Source: Malacoraja senta (taxonomy: Eukaryota). From it: a DNA stretch of 64,000 nt. The stretch spans positions 558,001 through 622,000 of the forward strand of contig JAXLNO010000110.1 in assembly GCA_038087875.1 (NCBI GenBank), written 5' to 3'. Under the pieces are notes generated by a model. The model did not search any database and had not been told where the DNA came from. It saw only the letters and a program-made list of their open reading frames with translations. Both the position numbers and the translations under genes were made by a program. How positions within the stretch are numbered: position 1 is the stretch's first letter; every line of letters begins with the position of its first letter. Positions 50,884 to 64,000 of this stretch are shown here, one piece after another.

Positions 50884-51335
50884 ATGTCAGGACTTTCATA
50901 TGAAGAAAGACTGGATAGACTTGGCTTATACTCGCTAGAATTTAGGAGATTGAGAGGGGATCTTATAGAAACGTACAAAATTCTTATGGGGTTGGACAGG
51001 CTAGATGCAGGAAGATTGTTCCCGATGTTGGGGAAGTCCAGGACAAGGGGTCACAGCTTAAGGATAAGGGGGAAATCCTTTAAGACCGAGATGAGGAAAA
51101 ACTTTTTCACACAGAGAGTGGTGAATCTCTGGAACTCTCTGCCACAGAGGGTAGTTGAGGCCAGTTCATTGGCTATATTTAAGAGGGGTTAGATGTGGCC
51201 CTTGTGGCTAAAGGGATCAGGGGGTATGGAGAGAAGGCAGGCACGGGATACTGAGTTAGATGATCAGCCATGATCATATTGAATGGCTCGAAGGGCCGAA
51301 TGGCCTACTCCTGCACCTATTTTCTATGTATCTAT
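50884..51335 (+). mobile_element. CR1 LINE 3' fragment
   Basis: MSGLSYEERLDRLGLYSLEFRRLRGDLIETYKIL...VVNLWNSLP. Confidence 0.88.
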
Positions 51336-53051
51336 GATACAGCAAAGATAGACACAAAATGCTGGAGTAACTCAGCGGGACAGGCAGCATCTCTGGAGAG
51401 AAGGAATGGGTGACATTTCAGGTCGAGACCCTTCTTCAGACTAGTTAGGGGAAAGGGAAAAGAGAGATCTCCCTACATCACTGTCTATATCTCTCGTTTT
51501 CCGCATTGGACATTTTATATCGTTCCCCTCACCCTGTTTCACTCCCGATGCTGTGTGTGTGGGAGATTCATGGGCGACGACCCCTCAGTCACCACCCAGG
51601 GCCCTGGACCAGGTCAACGCCTGGACAGGTTTATAGAGTCACAGAGTCATACAAGGTGAAAACAGGCCCTTTCGGCCCAACCTGCCCAAACCGGCCAACA
51701 TATGCTATCTACACATGACCATCGGTCAACCATTCACACTAGTTTTGTTTTAGAGATACAACACGGAAAGAGGCCCTTCGGCCCACCGAGTCAAAGGCGA
51801 CCATCGATCAGTCCTTCACAGAGATACAGAATGGAAACAGACTGAGTTCACGCTGACCAGCGATCACCCCGTACACCTATCCATCCTACACACTATGGAC
51901 AATTTACAGAAGCCAACTCGCCTTCAAACCTTCACATCTTTGGTGTGGGTTTTCTCCAGGTGCTCCGGTTTCCTCCTACACTCCAAAGACATACAGGTTT
52001 TGAGGGTTAATTGGCTTCAGTTAAATTGTAAATTGTCCCTAGTGTGTGGAGGATGGGGTTAGTGTGCGGGGATCGCTGGCCGGCGTGGACCCGGTGGGCC
52101 CAAGGGCCCGTTTCCGCGCTGTATCTCTAAACTAAAACTAAACTAGTGTGAAGATAGACAGCGGGACAGGCAGCATCTATGGGAAAGAAGGAGTGGGTGA
52201 CGTTCTCGACCCGAAACGTCACCCATTCCTTCTCTCCAGAGATGCCGTCTGTCCCGCTGAGTTACTCCAGCATTTTGTGTCAATCTTTGGTTAAACCAGC
52301 ATCCGCAGTTAAACGGGTGATCGCTGGTCGGCGTGGGACTCGGTGGGCCCAAGGGCCTGTTTCCGCACTGTATCTCTAAAGATGTGTAAACCAGCGTCTG
52401 CGGTTCCTTGTGCCTCAATAGACAATAGGTGCAGGAGTAGGCCATTTGGCCCTTCGAGCCAGCACCGCCATTCAATGTGATCATGGCTGATCATCCACAA
52501 TCAGGAAAGGTCTCCTCTCCTGACCTTTCCGACCTCGTACCTTCAGCTGCCTGGGTCCCGTGTTCCGGGTTCCCTCTCCATCTCCCATAAACCGGACATT
52601 TTATATCGTTCCCCTCACCCTGTTTCATTCCTGAGGTTGAGTTTCATAGACAATGCGTCCACGATGACCACACAGAGTCCTTGACCAGGTCAAATTACTC
52701 CAGCACGTTGTGTCTTGGATCATGCTAGACATGAACTTCAGTTTAGATGAGAGATACAGCGCAGAAACAGGGTCTGCGCTGGCCAGCGATCCCCACACAT
52801 TAACACTATCCTATACCCACCAGGGTCAATTTTTACATTTACCAAGCCAATTAACCTACAAACCTGCACGTCTTTGGAGTGTGGGAGGAAACCGAAGATC
52901 TCGGAGAAAACCCACGCACGTCACTGGGAGAACGTACAAACTCCGTACAGACAGCACCCGTAGTCAAGATTGAACCCGGGACTCTGGTGCTGCATTCACT
53001 AATGGCCTTACGTTCACAGCCAGATAGAACAACACCAGGCCCTTCTGCCCT

Positions 53052-53657
53052 CCTGTACCTGCCCTGTACACCTGTGTACCTGCCTGTACACCTGTGTACC
53101 TGCCCTGTACACCTGCGTACCTGCCTGTACACCTGTGTACCTGCCCTGTACACCTGCGTACCCGCCCTGTACACCTGCGTACCCGCCCTGTACACCTGCC
53201 CTGTACACCTGCGTACCTGCCCTGTACACCTGCGTACCCGACCTGTGTACCTGCCCTGTACACCTGCCTACCTGCCCTGTACACCTGTGTACCTGCCCTG
53301 TACACCTGCCTACCTGCCCTGTACACCTGCCTACCTGCCCTGTACACCTGTGTACCTGCCCTGTACACCTGCCTACCTGCCCTGTACACCTGTGTACCTG
53401 CCCTGTACACCTGCCTACCTGCCCTGTACACCTGCGTACCTGCCCTGTACACCTGCGTACCTGCCCTGTCCATCTACGTACCTGCCCTGTACACCTGCCT
53501 ACCTGCCCTGTACACCTGTGTACCTGCCCTGTACACCTGCCTACCTGCCCTGTACACCTGCCTACCTGCCCTGTCCATCTACGTACCTGCCCTGTACACC
53601 TGCCTACCTGCCCTGTACACCTGCCTATCTGCGCTGTACACCTGCCTACCTGCCTGT
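53052..53657. repeat. 21-bp minisatellite (GTACACCTGCCTACCTGCCCT) running into a gap
   Basis: Direct inspection; explains the 7-aa periodic ORFs. Confidence 0.95.
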
Positions 53658-53857
53658 NNNNNNNNNNNNNNNNNNNNNNNNNNNNNNNNNNNNNNNNNNN
53701 NNNNNNNNNNNNNNNNNNNNNNNNNNNNNNNNNNNNNNNNNNNNNNNNNNNNNNNNNNNNNNNNNNNNNNNNNNNNNNNNNNNNNNNNNNNNNNNNNNNN
53801 NNNNNNNNNNNNNNNNNNNNNNNNNNNNNNNNNNNNNNNNNNNNNNNNNNNNNNNNN
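53658..53857. other. Assembly gap (200 N)
   Basis: N run. Confidence 1.
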
Positions 53858-54594
53858 GTTCCACCGGGTGGCGCCACCGTAGTGGCCGCCTCACCAACAG
53901 TCTGTCTGTCCTCTCTCTGCTTTTATTATTTTAAGTATGTCTTAAAAGTATGTTTTAATGTTTCTTGGTATGTTTTATGTGGGGGGTGGGGGGGGGGGAT
54001 CGGGGGAAACATTTTATCAGTCACTTACCTCGATTGAGATGCGATTTCTCTCCACGCCGCAGCTCCGCCCCCCCCCCCCCCACCGCGGCCTAACAACGTG
54101 GAGTGGTGCAGCCTTTCCTGAAGACCGGCTTCAAGCCGCGGGTGTGGCGGGGACTTACCCTCGCGGAGCCTGGGGACTTTAACACCATGAAGCTGTGGTC
54201 TCCGGTAAGAAGAGGCCGACTCGGGAGCTCCATGCGATCCTATAGACAATAGGTGCAGGTGTAGGCCATTCGGCCCTTCGAGCCAGCACCGCCATTTAAT
54301 GTGATCATGGCTGATCATCCACAATCAGTACCCTTTCCTGCCTTATCCCCATAACCCTTGACTCCGCTATCTTTAAGAGCTCTCTCTAACTCTCTCTTGA
54401 AAGCATCCAAGAACCGGCCTCCACTGCCCTCTGAGGCAGTGAATTCCACAGATTCACAACTCTCTGTATTTCATCATCTCCGTTCTAAATGGCTTACCCC
54501 TTATTCTGAAACTGTGGCCCCTGGTTGTGGACTCTCCCAACATCGGGAACATGTTCCTGCCTCCAGCGAGTCCAAACCCTTAAAAATCATTTAT

Positions 54595-55965
<1,371 letters not shown>

Positions 55966-56090
55966 CTATTACTAAAACTCTCATCTTGTCCTCTTCCGGT
56001 TTGCGTTGTTTTTAAATTTGCGCAAAAACGGTACCCTGTATCGCTAGGATTTTTCACCACCTTACTCACCGTTTTCCTCTGCTCCAAGCC

Positions 56091-56247
56091 GTCAGTGAGT
56101 GAACTGTGAGTCCAGAAGCCGTGGGTGAGTGAACTGTGAGTCCAGAAACCGTGAGTGAGTGAACTGTGAGTCCAGAAACTGTGACTGAGTGAACTGTGAG
56201 TCCAGAAGCCGTGAGTGAGTGAAGAGTGAACTGTGAGTCCAGAAGCC
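56091..56247. repeat. 30-bp minisatellite (5 copies) inside Helitron 1
   Basis: Unit GTGAGTGAGTGAACTGTGAGTCCAGAAGCC. Confidence 0.9.
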
Positions 56248-58940
56248 GCCCGGAGCGCAGAGCCTGCCTGATTGCTGCACACTCGAGATCCTGGGGAAGT
56301 GAGGAGTGAGAGTGGGGGGATTGAGGGAGCTGGGCACTGGCAGGGCCGGGCACTGCCCACACATCCCAATCCCCCTCCCCTCACACACAGCCCCCCCCAG
56401 CGGCAGGCCACGGCAGCGGCAGGCCAAGGCAGCGCTCCACCCCCCTCACCGGCCACTGCCTGAAGCCGTCCCCTCCCCCAGCTGCAGAACGCTCCCTCTG
56501 GCCCCCCACTTGAAGCCTCCCCGTCTGCAGCTGCAGGACGAGCCCAAGAATCTATTTGGCCCACAATGTCCATACTAGCCCTCTGGAAACCAGTTCCTCA
56601 GCCCACAACACCCATACTAGCCCTCCAGAAAGCCCCCCCACTGGCCACCGCCTGAAGCCATCCCCCTCCCCCAGCTGCAGGATGCTCCCCCCACTGGCCC
56701 CCGACAGCCCCCGACTGAAGCCGACCCCCTCCCCGGCTGCAGAACACAACAAGAGACGCAACAAGAAAGAATGGACTGAATAAATCTCCTCTTTAAAGTT
56801 TAAATTTTTGTTATATTTTAAGAGTTATTCACATTTTAAGCTTTAATAAATCCCTTTTCCACTCGGCGTGGCCCGTCAGCTGCGCCTGCGCAGTAATACC
56901 TGCGTGTTCTACATCACAACGGGAACACAATGGGAGGGAATGGCTGCGCCGCCGGAGGAGTGAGTGCATGGGGGGGAAGGGGAAGGGCAAGGGATGGAGT
57001 GGGAAGGGTGAGGGGAGGAGGGGGGATCAGGGAACCCATCAGCCGCGCCTGCGCAGTTGGGGGCTATGCATGAGTGGTGGAATATTGCGTTGGGGGACCA
57101 GGCCTCCCGCGTGAGAATGGGACCCAACGGGTCCCACTTAGTCTAGTGTTTCAATAAGATCCGCTCTCATCCTTCTAAATTCCAGAGTGTACAAGCCCAG
57201 CCGCTCCATTCAGTCCCGCCATCCCCGGAATTAACCCTGTGAACCTACGCTGCACTCCCTCAATAGCAAGAATGTCCTTCCTCAAATTTGGAGACCAAAA
57301 CTGCACACAATACTCCAGGTGTGGTCTCATTAGGGCCCTATACAACTGCAGAAGGATCTCTTTGCTCCTATACTCAACTCCTCTTGTGATGAAGGCCAAC
57401 ATGCCATTTGCTTTCTTCACTGCCTACTGTACCTGCATACTTACTTTCAGTGACTGATGAACAAGGACCCCCAGATCCCGTTGTACTTCCCCTTTTCCCA
57501 ACTTGACACCATTTAGATAATAATCTGCCTTCCTGTTTTTGACACCAAAGTGGATCACCACACATTTATCCACATTAAACTGCATCTGCCGTGCATCTGC
57601 CCACTCACCCAACCTGTCCAAGTCACCCTGCATTCTCATAGCAGCCTCCTCACAGTTCACACTGCCACCCAGCTTTGCGTCATCTACAAATTTACTAATG
57701 TTACTTTTAATCCCTTCATCTAAATCATTAATATATATTGTAAATAGCTGCGGTCCCAGCACCGAGCCTTGCGGTACCCCTGCCATTCTGAAAGGGACCC
57801 GTTAATCCCTACTCCTTGTTTCCTGTCTGCAACCAATTTTCTATCCATGTCAGCACCCCACCCCCAATACCATGTGCCCTAATTTTGCCCACTCATCTCC
57901 TAGGTGGGATCTTATCAAATGCTTTCTGAAAGTCCAGGTACACTACATCCACTGGCTCTCACTTGCCCATTTTCCTAGTTACATCCTCAAAAAATTCCAG
58001 AAGATTAGTTAAGCATGATTTCCCCTTTTTCATCTTTTATGATTGACTCCAGCATCTTCACCATCACCGATGTCAGGCTAACTGGCCTGTAATTCCCTGT
58101 TTTCTATCTCATGCCTTTCTTAAAAAATAGGATAACATTAGCTACCCTCCAATCCACAGGAAGTGATCCTGAATCTATAGAACATTGGAAAATGATCACC
58201 AATGCGTCCATGATTTCTAAAGCCACTTCCTTAAGTACCCTGGGATGCAGACCAGCAGGCCCTGGGGATTTATCAGCCTTCAGTCCCATCAGTCTACCCA
58301 ACACCATTTCCTGCCTAATGTGGTTTTCCTTCAGTTCCTCCGTCACCCCAGATCCTCTGGCCACTAGTACATCAGCGAGATTGTTTGTGTCCTCCTTAGT
58401 GAAGACGAATCCAAAGTACCCATTCAACTCATCTGCCATTTCCTTGTTCCCCATAATAAATTCCCCTTTTTCAGTCATCAAGGGTCCAATTTTGGTCAAC
58501 AAATTTTTTCCTCTTCACATACCTAAGGAAGCTTTTTCTATCCTCCTTTATATTCTTCGCTAGCTTACCTTCGTACCTCATCTTTTCTCCCCGTATTGCC
58601 TTTTTAGGTATCTTCTGTTGTTCTTTAAACATTACCCAATCCTCTTGCTTCCCGTTCATCTTTGCTATGTTATACTTCTCTTATAATTTTATACTGTCCC
58701 TGACGTCCCTTGTCAGCCACGGTCGCCCCTTACTCCCCTTGGAATCTTTCTTCCTCTTTGGAATGAACTGATCCTGCACCTTCTGTATTATTCCCAGAAA
58801 TACCTGCCATTGTTGTTCCACTGTCATCTCTGCTAGGGTATCTTTCCACTCAACTTTGGCCAGCTCCTCCCTCATGGCTCCATAGTCCCCTTTATCAAAC
58901 TGTAACACTGACACCTCCGATTTACCCTTCTCCCTCTCAA

Positions 58941-58941
<1 letters not shown>

Positions 58942-59010
<69 letters not shown>

Positions 59011-60524
59011 ACATAACTAAAGCTGTGATCTTGTTATCTTACGGTTGCGTGGTCTTTCTATTTGCGCAAAAACGTTACGCGACAGCGCGAGGATGTTTCG
59101 CCAGTTTACTCACCGTTCTCCTGCGCTGCAATTGTGCCAAGTTTCGTTCCGATCGGTTGTCTAATGTAAACTTTAGCGAGGTTATAAATCGTAAAAACCG
59201 TGTGTACGCAGATCGATCTCCTCTCCTGCCGTTCTGCGCCGCGTGGATTGGTCTTTTCTCCTGTCACTCCGCGGGACGGTCCGCCCCTTCCTGCGCCATC
59301 ACGTCTTTACTGGAGCGGTGGATGGCCGGCGGAGGTTTCCAACCGCACACAGTTTTCGGAGGGACTGGAAACGGCCCGGCCAGGCACGGGAAATGTCGCC
59401 AAACAGAAAGCGGAGAATCTGATCTCGGTGGAGGAGAACGACCAGCGACCGCTGTGAATCCGCTCCAACCCCTTCCCCTCTGGTCCCCCTCACTGGCTCC
59501 TGCCCCCCTCCCCCGTGATACCCCCCACAACCCCCAAATTTTCTCCAAGCTCTCTCCCCCCCTGACCCCACAAACCCCGCGCCCACACAAACCCCTCCCC
59601 CCGGCCCACCCTCCCTGCTTACACCCCTCCACCCCTGCCCACACCCCCCTCCCCCCTCCCCCCCCGCCCACACACCTCCCCCCGCCCACCCTCCCTGCCC
59701 ACACCCCCCTCCCCCCGCGCACACCTCCTCCCCCACACACTCCCCCCTCCACCCCTGCCCACACCCCACCCCCCCCTACACCACACCCACACCCCTCCCC
59801 CCCGCCCACACGCCTCCCCCCCGCCCACCCTCCCTGCCCACACCCCCCTCCCCCCGCGCACACCTCCCCCACACACTCCCCCCTCCCTCACACACACCCT
59901 ATCCCCCACCCCCCCTCACACCCCACTCCCCCACACACTCCCCCCTCCCTCACACACACCCCTATCCCCCACACCCCCCACTCCCCCACACACTCCCCCC
60001 TCCCTCACACACACCCCTATCCCCCACACCCCCCACTCCCCCACACACTCCCCCCTCCCTCACACACACCCCTATCCCCCACACCCCCCCCCTCACACCC
60101 CCCTCCCCCACACACTCCCCCTCCCTCACACACAACCCCCTCCCCCACACCCGTCAGCTGCGCCTGCGCAGTAATACCTGCGTGTTCAACGTCACAATGG
60201 GAACCCAATGGGCTGGAATGGCTGCGCCACCGGAGAGCCACTAAGTGGATGGGGTGGGTGTTTTGAGGGGGGATGGAGTGAGTGCGTGGGGGGGGGGGAA
60301 GAAGGGCAAGAGGCGGAGTGTGGGGTTGAGGGGAGGAGGGGGGATCAGGGGCGTCACGATGGGAACCCGTCAGCCGCGCCTGCGCAGTTAGGGGCTATGG
60401 GTGAGTGGTGGAATAATGCATTGGGGGAATGGGTGAGTGGTGGAATAATGCATTGGGGAACGGGTTGCGTTGGAGGACCAGGCCTCCCGTGTGACGGGGA
60501 CCCAACGGGTCCGACTTAGTCTAG
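58942..60524 (+). mobile_element. Non-autonomous Helitron copy 2
   Basis: ctctcaaA|TCTATCTA...GGACCC-AAC-GGGTCC-gacttagtCTAG|Ttgtagatt: inserted between A and T with no TSD; ends homologous to copy 1. Confidence 0.88.
59500..60150. repeat. C/A-rich low-complexity tract inside Helitron 2 (G-rich on the minus strand)
   Basis: Runs of CCC/CCCC separated by ACAC. Confidence 0.9.
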
Positions 60525-61874
60525 TTGTAGATTAAAAGTTATCAGATTATGGTCACTACCTCCTAATGGCTCCTTAACCTCAAGTTCCTTTATCAAATCC
60601 TGTTCATTACACCACACTAAATCCAGAATTGCCTTCTCCCTGCTAGGGCTCCAATACAAGCTGCTCGAAGAATCCATCACGGAGGCACTCCACAAACTCC
60701 CTTTCTTGGTGTCCAGCACCAACCTGATTTTCCCAGTCTACCTGCATTCGCATTCATATACGACACTTTGACCTCCATATTCACCTCCCCTCTCACACTG
60801 GTCACTATTGGCCCTGATCTTACTCTCTTATCCCTTCTTGAACTTTCCTTCCCATTAATTCAAGAATCTTTTGTAACTTTTCCTGTAGTCACTTCCCCTT
60901 TAACTCCATCTTTTTACTCCCAATTTGTCAATCCTTCCCCCCTACTATTTAGTTTAAACCCACACGTGTAGCCCTAGCAAACCTGCCTGCCAGAACGTCG
61001 GTCCCCCTCCAGTTAAGGTGTAACCCCTCCCCTTTTGTACAGACCACCCCTACCCCAGAAGAGATCCCAGTGGTCTATAAATCTAAACCCTTGCTCCCTG
61101 CACCAGCCCCTCAGCCACCCAATCAGATCCCCTATCTCCCTGTTCCTGCCCTCACTAGCACGAGGTACTGGAAGCAATCCAGAGATAACCTCCCTAGTAG
61201 TCCTGCTTTTCAGTCTTCTTCCTAACTCTCTAAACTTGCATTGGACAACCTCCTTCCTCTTCTTCCCAACGTCGTTTGTGCCCACATGCACAACTACTGC
61301 CGGCTGTATCCGTCCTGACGCCACAGTTTCGATCATCCCGACGCGAGGGCTTGGTCTTCAGACCGTCGGCAGCGGCAAGTGCCGAGGGTTTGGCCCCAAC
61401 CGCGGGTGAACAAAGGAGGAAGATGACTGAACTTTATTGCCTTCTATCACAGTGAGGAATGTGGATTCCACTGTGGTGGATGTTTATGTTAAATTTTATT
61501 TTATGTGGCTCTGTGTGTTGTTCCTTTTCGCTTAGTATGGCTGTATGGGAACTCGAATATCACTGTACCTTAATTGGTTAAGTGACAATAAACGCAAACT
61601 TGAACTTGAGAGACCCAGGTTGCATTCTGGCTGCAGATGCTGTCTGTACGGAGTTTGTACGTTCTCCCTGTGAACCGTGTGGGTTTTCTCCGGGTGCTCC
61701 AGTTTCCTCCCACACTCCAAAGACGTGCGGGTTTGTAGATTGATTGACTTCTATAAATTGTTGCCTTGTTTGTCGGATAGTGCTAGTGTACGGGGTGATC
61801 GTTGGTCAGCGCGGACTTGGTGGGCCAAAGGGCCTGTTTCCGCGCTGTGTCTCCAAAGTGTGTAGGATTCGTTG

Positions 61875-62138
61875 AGTTTAGTTTGGAGGGACACCGACCA
61901 GCGATCCCCGCACATTAACACTGTCCTACACCCACTTACATTTACCAAGCCAATTAGCCTACGGACTTGCATGTCTTTGGAGTGTGGGAGGAAACCGAAG
62001 ATCTTGGAGAAAACCCACGCAAGTCACGGGGACAACGTGCAAACTCTGTACAGACAGCACCTGTAGTCGGGATCGAACCCGGGTCTCTGGCGCTGCATTC
62101 GCTGTAAGGCAGCAACTCTACCGCTGCGCCACCGTGAC
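61875..62138 (-). mobile_element. HE1-like V-SINE (other late copies at about 37330, 40802, 49470, 49888, 50455, 52738 and 61610)
   Basis: Head, V domain and tail structure. Confidence 0.8.
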
Positions 62139-62204
62139 CGGTACAGGAATCGCTGGTCGGCACGGACGCGGTAGGGCCCAAGGCCCTGTCTCCGCGCTGT
62201 ATCT

Positions 62205-62610
62205 CTAACGTAAAGAGTTGTGGGGGGAGCGGTCTCTGGGAAGTAAACAGAAGTGAGTGGTTGGTGGCGGGATCACCTTGAAGGTGGTGGAAATATTGGA
62301 GAATGATGTGTTAGAGGCTGGTGGGGTGAAAGGTGAGGACCAGAGGAACTCTGTCCTTGTTCTATCTGGAGCAAGAGCTGAACGACAGGATACAGAAGGA
62401 TTCACCTACTGTGGCAAGGGGGAAACCATGTTTACTAAAGAGGAGGTAGTGGATTATCCAAGAGGGGAATGCCGCATCTTGGGAGCAGATGCGGTTGAGA
62501 CGGAGACATTGAGAGGAGGGGATGGCATCTTTATAAGAGGCAGGGTGGGAGGAGATGTAGTTAAGATGACTGTTGGAGATGGGTTTGTCGTAGATGTCAC
62601 TCGATAATCT
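62205..62610 (-). mobile_element. Degenerate Penelope RT C-terminal/linker fragment
   Basis: Minus strand reads DRVPLVLTFHPTSL..IILQYFHHLQ, typical of the Penelope RT-endonuclease linker. Confidence 0.6.
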
Positions 62611-63879
62611 GGCACAATCCTGCGGAATCTCTCTTGTTCTTTTGCTCCCTCACCCTTCCTGTCATGAACCAGATGACACGGGTTTAAGGTGAGAGGGGAA
62701 AGATTGAATTGGAAACGGAGGGGTCATTTTTTCACACAGGGGTGGTGGGTGTATGGAACGGAGGAGGTAGTTGAGGCAGGGATTGCTGTAACGTTCAAGA
62801 AACATTTAGACAGGTTTGGAGGGATATGGGCCAAACACAGGCAGGTGGGACTAGTGTCCACAGATGGGGCATGTTGGTCGGTGTGGGCAAGTTGGGCTGC
62901 AGGGCCTGTTTCCACGCTGTGTCACACTATGACACAAAGTGTGTACTATACTCCGTGCAGCCTGACCAACCTGCAACCTGTGTAAGAAAGAACTGCAGAT
63001 GCTGGTTTAAATCGAAGGTAGACACAAAATGCTGGAGTAACTCAGCGGGTGAGGCAGCACCCATTCCTTCTCTCCAGAGATGCTGCCTCACCCGCTGAGT
63101 TACTCCAGCATTTTGTGTCTACCAACCTCCAACCTGGTCCATTGAGTTCCACGTGGCCTCCTCATGGCAAGACCATGCACGGACAGGTCAACCGATCGAT
63201 CGTCCGCCCACCTTCAGCATCTGATTGCAGCTTTTTTTAACTCACCTTCCCTTCCCACACCCATCTGTCTTGTCTAGAATCATGGAAGCTGGCCATTCGG
63301 CCCACTAAACCCAATGCCAACCAGAGGTAACCCATTGGTACCAGTTAGCCCATGGGCATTGTCCAGTGCCAGGAGCAGGCCGATGCAGGCTAGAACATCA
63401 TCTCTGCTTGGATAGACCCAATCCCACGGCATTAACATTGAATTCTCCAGTTCATTACTTGTCGCAGAATTAGTCCATTCGGCCCATCAAGTCTGTTCCG
63501 CCTTTCAATCATGGCTGATCTATCTTTCCCTCTCAACCCCATTCTCCTGCCTTCTCCCCGTAACCCCCGACACCCTTTCTACCAGTTCTAGGTAATCCCC
63601 CTCCCTTGGTTTCCTCCTTTTCCCTCCCACCGGCCTCTCTCTCCCCTCCCCCCCCCATCCCCCGTTCCTTCCCTTCCCCACCCCCCTCGTACCCCAACCT
63701 GGCTCCATCATCTGAGAGGGGCTCTCACCTGGGTCCAACTATCCCCGACCAACCCCTGCCCCACCTCTGCCTCTCAGGGTCATAGATACTCAGGTTTGCT
63801 TCTGCCATCCTAGTCCTTGGAGCAGGGCCCTGACCCGAAAAACAACGCTGACCCAACTGCCCCGTTCCATTAAAAAATG

Positions 63880-64000
63880 CCCAGTGTTACACACACAGAC
63901 AGACCCGCCCCCACCGGTACTGTACCCCAGTGTTACACCCACAGACAGACCTGTCCCCACCAGTACTGTACCCCAGTGTTACACAGACCCGTCCCCACCG
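63880..64000. repeat. Minisatellite (CCCCAGTGTTACACACACAGACAGACC.G.CCCCACC.GTACTGTA) continuing past the window end
   Basis: About 3 units visible. Confidence 0.8.

Noticed and set aside
52879..54037. Long periodic ORFs (YLPCTPA)n
   Set aside because: Produced by a 21-bp minisatellite plus an N gap.
59025..60266. 413-aa proline-rich ORF
   Set aside because: A C-rich low-complexity tract inside Helitron 2 with no Rep or helicase motifs.
61013..61336. Host SGNH/GDSL esterase gene
   Set aside because: It is collinear with the CR1 ORF2 remnants and is the esterase domain of CR1 ORF1.

Overview
Repeat-dense vertebrate genomic DNA, most likely from a cartilaginous fish such as a skate or ray (inferred from the HE1-like V-SINE, CR1, Penelope and Rex-Babar repeat content). 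It contains two 200-N assembly gaps. One multi-exon protein-coding gene can be reconstructed on the + strand: a TTC24-like tetratricopeptide-repeat protein (ATG 1989, stop 44004-44006, at least 9-10 coding exons) ending in a polybasic tract plus a CaaX box (KWRRKWESRM-CSVM*). Exon 4, and possibly exon 5, carries a +1 homopolymer frameshift that is probably a sequencing error. Most of the rest is transposon debris: V-SINEs, CR1, Rex1/Babar, L1/Tx1, Penelope-like elements, and hAT and Harbinger MITEs. The most notable observations are: (1) two related non-autonomous Helitrons (A^TC...hairpin-CTAG^T) nested in one CR1, whose 5' ends carry (TCTA)n microsatellites, one about 1.37 kb long; (2) many minimal short-stem-III hammerhead ribozyme motifs in Penelope terminal repeats, in single, tandem and inverted arrangements; (3) a ~500-bp cluster of nuclear-receptor-type DR1 and IR8 motifs just after the stop codon; (4) an ORF1-only L1 that may be intact. 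All homology calls come from motif recognition by eye, not database searches. Repeat boundaries are approximate unless termini or target-site duplications (TSDs) are given.
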